From Ulvibacter litoralis (GTDB lineage Bacteria; Bacteroidota; Bacteroidia; Flavobacteriales; Flavobacteriaceae): 64,000 nt of DNA. Location of the stretch: NCBI RefSeq assembly GCF_900102055.1, contig NZ_FNBA01000001.1, positions 581,085 through 645,084 on the forward strand, in the 5' to 3' direction. A model generated the notes under the pieces. That model searched no databases, had not been told where the DNA came from, and worked only from the letters and a program-made list of their open reading frames with translations. The position numbers and the translations under genes were made by a program. Positions 57,155 through 64,000 of this stretch are shown piece by piece; positions within the stretch are counted from its first letter, which is position 1, and each line of letters begins with the position of its first letter.

Positions 57155-58516
57155 ATGGCAAAGACTAAAACAACTTTTTTCTGTCAAAACTGTGGCGCTC
57201 AGTTTGCAAAATGGCAAGGACAATGTACCTCATGTAAGGAATGGAACACCATTGCTGAAGAAGTCATTCAAAAAGCCGAAAAAGCAAGCTGGAATCCCTC
57301 TGAAGCTCCTTCAAAGCGAGTGGCAAAACCACAAAAAATAAGCGACATTACTACGGCTTCCGAAGCGCGTTTAAACACCAAAAACAACGAATTAAACAGA
57401 GTGCTTGGTGGCGGACTCGTACCAGGATCGCTCACCCTTTTAGGAGGGGAACCTGGAATTGGAAAAAGTACGTTAATGCTTCAGATTGCCTTGCAATTAC
57501 CGTACAAAACACTCTATGTTTCGGGAGAGGAAAGTGCACAACAAATTAAAATGCGCGCCGAACGTATTCATCCAAATTCTGAAAATTGTTACATTTTAAC
57601 CGAAACAAAAACACAACATATTTTCAGAAATATAGAACAAATGAACCCCGATATCGTGGTGATAGATTCTATACAAACCCTACACACCGATTATATTGAA
57701 AGTAGTCCTGGAAGTATTTCTCAAATTCGTGAAACTACGACCGAACTTATAAAATTTGCCAAAGAAACAGCGACTCCTGTGATATTAATTGGTCACATTA
57801 CCAAAGATGGAAACATTGCCGGACCTAAAATATTGGAGCACATGGTCGATACCGTACTTCATTTTGAAGGAGACCGCAACCATGTGTATCGTATTCTTCG
57901 CGCCAATAAAAACAGGTTTGGTTCTACCAACGAATTGGGAATTTATGAAATGCAAGGAAGCGGTTTACGTGAAGTATCGAATCCTTCCGAAATTCTAATT
58001 TCCAAAAACGACGAAGACCTCAGCGGAACCGCCATTTCGGCAACGTTAGAAGGCATGCGTCCGCTTATGATCGAAATTCAGGCGCTGGTAAGCAGTGCTG
58101 TGTATGGTACACCGCAACGAAGTGCTACAGGATACAATGCCAAACGTCTCAACATGATTTTAGCCGTTTTAGAAAAGCGCGCCGGATTTAAACTAGGCGC
58201 AAAAGATGTCTTTTTAAATGTAACTGGTGGAATCACAGTAGACGACCCAGCCATCGATCTTGCCGTGGTCGCAGCAGTTTTGTCTTCAAATATTGATATT
58301 GCCATCGATAAAACGATGTGCTTTGCTGCCGAGGTCGGACTTGCAGGCGAAGTGAGACCCGTTACTCGTGTGGAACAACGTATTCTTGAAGCCGAAAAAC
58401 TTGGATTTACCTCTATTGTGATTTCAAAATATGCAAAGCTTCCGAAGCAAAACTACAACATCAACATTATTAAAGTAGCCAAAGTACACGATGTGGTGCA
58501 CCATCTTTTCGGATAA
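57155..58516 (+). CDS. radA: DNA repair protein RadA/Sms
   Basis: N-terminal zinc finger CQNCGAQFAKWQGQCTSC, Walker A GEPGIGKST, a KNRFG motif and a C-terminal Lon-like domain. Confidence 0.95.
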   Translation: MAKTKTTFFCQNCGAQFAKWQGQCTSCKEWNTIAEEVIQKAEKASWNPSEAPSKRVAKPQKISDITTASEARLNTKNNELNRVLGGGLVPGSLTLLGGEPGIGKSTLMLQIALQLPYKTLYVSGEESAQQIKMRAERIHPNSENCYILTETKTQHIFRNIEQMNPDIVVIDSIQTLHTDYIESSPGSISQIRETTTELIKFAKETATPVILIGHITKDGNIAGPKILEHMVDTVLHFEGDRNHVYRILRANKNRFGSTNELGIYEMQGSGLREVSNPSEILISKNDEDLSGTAISATLEGMRPLMIEIQALVSSAVYGTPQRSATGYNAKRLNMILAVLEKRAGFKLGAKDVFLNVTGGITVDDPAIDLAVVAAVLSSNIDIAIDKTMCFAAEVGLAGEVRPVTRVEQRILEAEKLGFTSIVISKYAKLPKQNYNINIIKVAKVHDVVHHLFG

Positions 58517-58605
58517 TACTGCGTTAAATAATTCAGTATTAACAATTTCTTAGGCGAAAGTAAACACAGGAGCGAGTATCTTTAAGAGACTCTAAAACTC
58601 GTACT

Positions 58606-59970
58606 ATGTCTATTTTCTCAAAAATTAAACAGACTATTTCGCTCATGCAGGAAGTAGATCTAGATGCTTTAGCTAAAATTTCAAAAAAAATAAACATTCC
58701 TGAAGTCATGTCAGCCGTGGGTGAATTGGACGATACCCAATTAAAAGGCTTGATGAAAATGCTGAAAACACAAGGAAAAAGAGGGCAACACAAATTACCT
58801 CCTATCGATGGCGATTTTTACGACCTCAGCCTAAAACTGAGTCAGGAAGAACGCGATATTCAGATAAAAGTACGCAATTTCATGGAAGATGAAGTAAAAC
58901 CCATCGCCAACGAATATTGGAATAAAGCCGAATTCCCACACCATATCATTCCTAAAATCGGTGCGCTTAATATCTGCGGAATCGCATATGAAGGTTACGG
59001 TTGCCCCAATCAATCTTTTTTAATGGAAGGCGTACTCGCCATGGAACTTGCCCGCGTAGATGTTTCTATTTCCACTTTTTTCGGGGTTCATAGCGGCTTG
59101 GCAATGGGCTCTATTTATCTCTGCGGAAGCGATGCTCAAAAAGAAGAGTGGCTTCCTAAAATGCAGCGTATGGAAGTGATTGGTGCGTTTGGCTTAACCG
59201 AACCCAATGTGGGATCTGCCGTTGCTGGTGGCATGGAAACTACCTGCTATAAAGAAGGAAACGAATGGATTTTAAACGGCGAAAAAAAATGGATAGGAAA
59301 CGCAACTTTTAGTGATATTACAATTATTTGGGCAAGAGAAAAAGAAACCAATCGCGTAAAAGGTTTCATTGTTCGAAAGGAAAATCCAGGCTTTAAAGCC
59401 GAAAAAATGGAAGATAAAATGGCCCTTCGTACCGTTCAAAATGCGAAGATAACACTCACCGATTGTCACATTCCTGAAAGTGATCGTCTTCAAAAGTGTG
59501 ATAGTTTTAAAGACACTGCCAAAGTGCTTAAAATGACACGTGCTGGTGTTGCGTGGCAAGCGGTGGGTTGCGCTAGAGGTGCCTACGAAAGCGCCTTAAA
59601 ATACACCAAGAAAAGAGAACAATTTGGTCGTCCCATTGCGGCTTTTCAACTGATTCAAAATCATTTGGTAGAAATGCTCGCAAACCTTACTGCCATGCAA
59701 ACCATGTGTTTCCGTCTTTCAGAATTACAAGACCAAGATCTTCTTACCGACGAGCAAGCTTCGTTAGCCAAGGTATTTTGTAGCATGCGAACTCGCGATG
59801 TGGTAAGTCGTGCACGCGAAGTCATGGGTGGCAACGGAATTTTACTTGAGTACGACGTTGCGCGTTTTGTAGCAGATGCCGAAGCCATTTACTCTTACGA
59901 GGGCACCAAAGAGATCAACACCTTGATTGTTGGTCGTGCAATTACAGGATATAGCGCCTTTGTAGGTTAA
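58606..59970 (+). CDS. acyl-CoA dehydrogenase family protein (glutaryl-CoA dehydrogenase-like) with a roughly 65-aa N-terminal extension
   Basis: The core runs from DFYDLSLKLSQEERDI through ...YEGT..INTLIVGRAITG and is typical of GCDH. The first 65 aa have no ACAD counterpart. The true start may be downstream. Confidence 0.8.
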   Translation: MSIFSKIKQTISLMQEVDLDALAKISKKINIPEVMSAVGELDDTQLKGLMKMLKTQGKRGQHKLPPIDGDFYDLSLKLSQEERDIQIKVRNFMEDEVKPIANEYWNKAEFPHHIIPKIGALNICGIAYEGYGCPNQSFLMEGVLAMELARVDVSISTFFGVHSGLAMGSIYLCGSDAQKEEWLPKMQRMEVIGAFGLTEPNVGSAVAGGMETTCYKEGNEWILNGEKKWIGNATFSDITIIWAREKETNRVKGFIVRKENPGFKAEKMEDKMALRTVQNAKITLTDCHIPESDRLQKCDSFKDTAKVLKMTRAGVAWQAVGCARGAYESALKYTKKREQFGRPIAAFQLIQNHLVEMLANLTAMQTMCFRLSELQDQDLLTDEQASLAKVFCSMRTRDVVSRAREVMGGNGILLEYDVARFVADAEAIYSYEGTKEINTLIVGRAITGYSAFVG

Positions 59971-61004
59971 GATGCCGGATTCGGAATGCGTGCGTGAACT
60001 TGGTTTATTTCTTTTAAAATTTCTTCGGAAAGGGTTACGTGTACGCTTTCAATATTTTCGGAAAGTTGTTGCATTTTAGTTGCGCCAATAATTGTGGACG
60101 TTACAAAGTCTTGTTGCCGAACAAACGCTAATGACAACTGTGCTAAACTGAGTTCGTGTTTTTTAGCAATGTCATTATAAGCGCGAATTGCTTCAAAAGA
60201 GCCTTCACCGTGATATCGTACATAATTTGGAAACAATGTAACACGTGCATCTGAAGGGGTTGCGCCATTGAGGTATTTTCCGGTAAGTTGTCCAAAAGCA
60301 AGTGGCGAATACGGTAAATACCCAACATTTTCTTGCAACAATACTTCCGAAAGGCCAATTTCATCTCTCCTATTGAGCAAGTTATACGCATTTTGAACCG
60401 ACACCATTTTCGTGGCTCCTTTACGCGATTCTTCCATGTAGCGCATCAGTCCGTAAGGCGTTTCGTTGGAGAGTCCGATGTGTTTAATTTTACCCTCTTT
60501 TACAAAACTTTCGAGACGCTCAATCACTTCGGAAAAGTTATCCTTCCAAGCTTCATTTTCACTATGATCGTACTCCCGAACTCCAAAAATATTGACCGCA
60601 CGCTCGGGCCAATGCAGCTGATACAAATCTAAATAATCTGTTTGCAAACGCTTTAAACTTTTATGCAATGCGTCTTCCAAAGAAGCTTTGCTAAAATCTA
60701 AAGAGTCTCTTAAATAGGCAAATCCGCGCGATGGACCTGCAATTTTAGACGCCAAAACCACATTTTCTCGTTGGCCTGTTTTAGCCAGCCAAGTCCCTAT
60801 GAATTTCTCGGTAAGACCCTGCGTTTCTTTACTTGCTGGAGCAGCATACATTTCGGCAGTATCTATAAAATTAACTCCTTTATCAAAGGCAAAATTAAGT
60901 TGTTCGTGCGCTTCTTGTTCGGTGTTTTGTTGCCCAAACGTCATGGTTCCAAGGCATATTTCACTAACGTCAAGATCGGTATTGGGTAATTTTGTGTATT
61001 TCAT
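59967..61004 (-). CDS. aldo/keto reductase (Tas-like NADP-dependent oxidoreductase)
   Basis: LGTMTFG...FIDTAEMY N-terminus. 345 aa. Confidence 0.85.
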   Translation of the reverse strand: MKYTKLPNTDLDVSEICLGTMTFGQQNTEQEAHEQLNFAFDKGVNFIDTAEMYAAPASKETQGLTEKFIGTWLAKTGQRENVVLASKIAGPSRGFAYLRDSLDFSKASLEDALHKSLKRLQTDYLDLYQLHWPERAVNIFGVREYDHSENEAWKDNFSEVIERLESFVKEGKIKHIGLSNETPYGLMRYMEESRKGATKMVSVQNAYNLLNRRDEIGLSEVLLQENVGYLPYSPLAFGQLTGKYLNGATPSDARVTLFPNYVRYHGEGSFEAIRAYNDIAKKHELSLAQLSLAFVRQQDFVTSTIIGATKMQQLSENIESVHVTLSEEILKEINQVHARIPNPAS

Positions 61005-61047
61005 GTAAGCGTTTAAAAGCGATTTCTAGTACAACAAACTGCGACTC

Positions 61048-62001
61048 CTAAATCTCGTTTAATAATTTGTTTATTTCGTCAAGTTTTGGCGTTAAAATCA
61101 CTTCAATACGTCTGTTTTTAGCGCGTCCTTCCGAAGTATTATTTGGAGCAATCGGTGCGTATTCGCCACGCCCTGCTGCTGTCAGGTTGTCTTTTAAGAT
61201 AGATCCATTTTGCGTTAAAATAGTAACCACTGCGGTAGCTCTTTTTGCAGAAAGATCCCAGTTATCTTGTAGTGTTCCATTACCACCATACGGTACGTTG
61301 TCTGTATGCCCTTCAATTAAAACGGCAATCTCTGGATTGTCGGCCAATACTTTTCCTAACGCCACTACGGCTTCTTTTCCACGACTGTTCACGGCCCAGC
61401 TTCCACTTTCAAACAACAATTTGTTTTCCATAGAAACATACACTTTTCCGTCGCGTTGCTCTACGGTTAAGCCATTGCCTTCAAAATTGGTAAGCGCTGC
61501 CGAAATTGCATTTTTCAAGGCCTTCATTTTTGCATCTTTTGACGCAATGATTCCTTCCAATTCATCTACACGTTGTGAACGCGCAGCCAAATCGCTTTGA
61601 AGCTGCTTCAATCGCTCCGCTTCTGCCGTTAATGCTCTTTCTTTTTCCTCTAGTTGGGTTAACAGGTTTCTGTTCAGTTCTAAATTTTCAGTAAGCGAAG
61701 AAGAACTGTTTTTTTCCAAGGCATCGTACGAATCTTTCAATCGTTTGTAGTTACTTTCTGAAGCAGACAAATCCATCGCCAACCTACTTTTTTCAGCATT
61801 TAATTCGTCTAATTTTTTCTGAAGATTCGCCAATGTATAGGTATCTGCGTTGCCTTCAGCGCCATCTAACTGCGACATTAAATCTTCATTTTCAGACTTA
61901 AGGGATGCGTATTTGTCTTTTAAATCTTCGTAGATTTTTGAAGAGACACAAGAGGTGGTCATTGCAACAAGTGCAATTCCGAAGAAAATATTTTTAATCA
62001 T
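61048..62001 (-). CDS. OmpA-family lipoprotein with a long N-terminal coiled-coil (MotB-like C-terminal peptidoglycan-binding domain)
   Basis: Lipobox AMTTSCVSS and heptad-rich residues 25-160. The C-terminal OmpA domain has NRRIEV and GHTD motifs. Confidence 0.8.
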   Translation of the reverse strand: MIKNIFFGIALVAMTTSCVSSKIYEDLKDKYASLKSENEDLMSQLDGAEGNADTYTLANLQKKLDELNAEKSRLAMDLSASESNYKRLKDSYDALEKNSSSSLTENLELNRNLLTQLEEKERALTAEAERLKQLQSDLAARSQRVDELEGIIASKDAKMKALKNAISAALTNFEGNGLTVEQRDGKVYVSMENKLLFESGSWAVNSRGKEAVVALGKVLADNPEIAVLIEGHTDNVPYGGNGTLQDNWDLSAKRATAVVTILTQNGSILKDNLTAAGRGEYAPIAPNNTSEGRAKNRRIEVILTPKLDEINKLLNEI

Positions 62002-62043
62002 TTAAATGCTATTGTAGGTTACTATTGGGTTTTAATTTTTAGA

Positions 62044-62808
62044 CTATGCAAAAGAGAGCTCCACCAAATGCGGACAGTGATCACTATGCATCGCTTCTGG
62101 TAATATAACGGCGCGTTTCAAGTTTTCTTGTAAAGGTTGCGACACCATATTGTAATCGATACGCCATCCTTTATTGTTTGCGCGAGCATTAGCCCTGTAG
62201 CTCCACCATGTGTAATGGTCGGGCTCTTTATTAAAATGACGGAACGAATCTATAAATCCGCTCTCCATGAAATTTCCAATCCATTCGCGTTCAACAGGTA
62301 AAAAGCCAGACACATTTTTGTTGCGAACTGGATCGTGAATATCGATTGCTTCGTGACAAATATTATAATCGCCACAAATCACCAAATTCGGAATTTCTTT
62401 TTTCAGCTCATTAATATAGTCTTGGAACAATGCCATAAATTCAAATTTATGCTCCAAACGGGCAATATTGGTTCCACTTGGCAAATACAAACTCATTACT
62501 GAAACATTTTCAAAATCGACACGAATGTTCCGGCCTTCAAAATCCATAGACGGAATTCCTGTTCCGTAGGCAATATTTTTAGGCTTCTCTTTGGTAAAAA
62601 TAGCAACGCCACTGTAGCCTTTTTTCTGAGCACTAAACCAATAATGATGGTAACCAGCCGCTTCAATTTGATCTACTTCCACTTGATCCATATTGGCTTT
62701 GGTCTCTTGAATGCAAATAACATCTGGATTGGCTTGTTGCAGCCACTCGATAAAACCTTTGCGCATGGCTGCTCTAATTCCGTTAACGTTGTACGATATA
62801 ATTTTCAA
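62044..62808 (-). CDS. xth: exodeoxyribonuclease III
   Basis: MKIISYNVNGIRAA...CIQETK. An EEP fold with the catalytic DH near the C-terminus (SDHCP). Confidence 0.9.
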   Translation of the reverse strand: MKIISYNVNGIRAAMRKGFIEWLQQANPDVICIQETKANMDQVEVDQIEAAGYHHYWFSAQKKGYSGVAIFTKEKPKNIAYGTGIPSMDFEGRNIRVDFENVSVMSLYLPSGTNIARLEHKFEFMALFQDYINELKKEIPNLVICGDYNICHEAIDIHDPVRNKNVSGFLPVEREWIGNFMESGFIDSFRHFNKEPDHYTWWSYRANARANNKGWRIDYNMVSQPLQENLKRAVILPEAMHSDHCPHLVELSFA

Positions 62809-62985
62809 AATGATTGATTGTATTGCCCTTTTTGTGTGATCTTACCTGTAAAAACAAGCTAAAAAGGAATTGCTATTAAAAACTACTAATTTAAATAACA
62901 TTGTATTTTTACACGGTACAATCGCAGAACTATTTTTAAAAAACAATCAACAAAATAAACTGCGCTGTGAGTAGTTCTATAAGTA

Positions 62986-64000
62986 ATGAAAATATACCTG
63001 TTCCTTTTTGCGTTTTGCTTGGCTTCTTTAGGCTATGCTCAAGATACTACGGCTACGTATCGCACGAAGAGAATTGCGGTTACCGACACCATCGTTTTAG
63101 ACACGGTAAGTATTAATCCTGCTCGTTTTGAAATGAAGGATCACTTCGGAAAGGTAATAGACACCACACAATATACCGTAGATTATAAAAAGGGAGTTGT
63201 CTTTCTTTCTGAAAGTTTGCAACAAACAACCGACACCTTGGTCATCGATTATTTGCGCTACCCGAATTTCTTAACCCGTAATTATTTTACGGTAGACCCT
63301 AAAGTGATTGTTCCCAATACAGGCAAAATAGACCGTTTGTATTCGTTACAACAAAGCAACTCTAACAAAACCTTTACCCCTTTTGACGGTTTAAATACCG
63401 CAGGTAGCATTTCGAGAGGAATTACCATCGGAAATAATCAGAATGCAGTAGTAAATTCTGAATTAGACCTTCAAATTACAGGAAAATTAAGCGACAAGGT
63501 TTCTATTAGAGCCTCCATTCAGGATGCTAATATTCCCACGCAAGAAGGTGGTTATTCGCAAAGCTTGGACGAATTTGATCAAATTTTTATCGAACTCTAC
63601 AGCGACAATTGGAACATTCGCGCAGGTGATGTTGATTTGCAAAATAGCAACAGCTACTTCGGACGTTTCAACAAAAAAGTACAAGGTATTTCGTTGAGCG
63701 GTTCTGTAACACATAAAAGTGGCGCCAAAACAACGGCGTATGCTGCTGGTGCTTTAGTGAGAGGTGTGTTTGCTAGAAGTGCTTTTGTGGGACAAGAAGG
63801 AAACCAAGGTCCATACAAATTAGTAGGTCCTAACGGAGAACTCTTTATTTTAATTGTCTCGGGAAGTGAGCGTGTTTATGTGAATGGATTGTTGTTAGAG
63901 CGAGGCGAAAACGAAGATTACGTTATCGATTACAACGCAGGGGAACTTAAGTTTAATGCGACCTATCCGATTACTGAAAACATGCGAATTTCGGTCGAAT
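62986..64000 (+). CDS. 5' part of a large secreted protein continuing beyond the window (possibly a SprA-like T9SS/gliding cell-surface protein)
   Basis: An open frame from ATG 62986 runs to the window edge with no stop, so it is not in the ORF table. Signal peptide MKIYLFLFAFCLASLGYAQ. The beta-rich sequence contains RGITIGNNQNAVVNSELDLQITGKLSDKVSIRASIQD. Confidence 0.45.
   Translation, partial: MKIYLFLFAFCLASLGYAQDTTATYRTKRIAVTDTIVLDTVSINPARFEMKDHFGKVIDTTQYTVDYKKGVVFLSESLQQTTDTLVIDYLRYPNFLTRNYFTVDPKVIVPNTGKIDRLYSLQQSNSNKTFTPFDGLNTAGSISRGITIGNNQNAVVNSELDLQITGKLSDKVSIRASIQDANIPTQEGGYSQSLDEFDQIFIELYSDNWNIRAGDVDLQNSNSYFGRFNKKVQGISLSGSVTHKSGAKTTAYAAGALVRGVFARSAFVGQEGNQGPYKLVGPNGELFILIVSGSERVYVNGLLLERGENEDYVIDYNAGELKFNATYPITENMRISVE

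Noticed and set aside
63487-63714. 75-aa minus-strand ORF
   Set aside because: Embedded antisense in the open-ended plus-strand secreted-protein gene.

Overview
The window is a 64 kb chromosomal segment, apparently from a Flavobacteriia-class Bacteroidota genome. Evidence for that: AT-rich sequence; a gldD-gldE-ssb-mutY block syntenic with Flavobacterium; T9SS C-terminal sorting domains; TAnnTTTG-type promoters; many SusC-like, TPR and DUF lipoprotein genes. Most of it is densely packed core genes. These are aat, greA, arfB, ahcY, rpmA/rplU, ssb, mutY, an HU-family gene, an RNase E/G family gene, recX, a split biotin cluster (bioB and bioF-bioD-bioA), atpDC, glmS, a glycogen synthase, panCD, radA and xth. 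There are also three two-component systems, one of them a hybrid HK convergent with a sigma54 NtrC-type regulator. I found no rRNA, tRNA, CRISPR array, transposase or integrase.

Things worth a second look, most interesting first:
1. A tightly overlapping minus-strand operon, pnuC - NadR-type ribosylnicotinamide kinase domain - DUF4301 - arfB. The 509-aa DUF4301 protein carries a sugar-nucleotidyltransferase-like G-rich motif. I propose it is the missing nucleotidyltransferase step of an NR/NMN salvage route, which would be a previously undescribed function.
2. A TPP riboswitch in front of a TonB-dependent receptor.
3. A 1339-aa T9SS-secreted protein carrying six in-frame 378-bp tandem repeats, five of them nearly identical.
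4. A GIY-YIG nuclease cassette inserted between bioD and bioA. It is flanked by about 100-bp direct repeats that contribute the last codons (LETLDIF-stop) of both bioD and the GIY-YIG gene.
5. A three-copy dispersed intergenic element with compensatory-variation evidence for a conserved hairpin.
6. A DUF3127 protein ending in an SSB-like DDLPF tail.
7. An archaeal-type GGGP synthase homolog clustered with a PPTase and a YkoF-like thiamine-binding protein.
8. A small unlisted ORF for a highly basic 29-aa peptide, possibly bS22-like.
9. A terminator hairpin in the greA leader.
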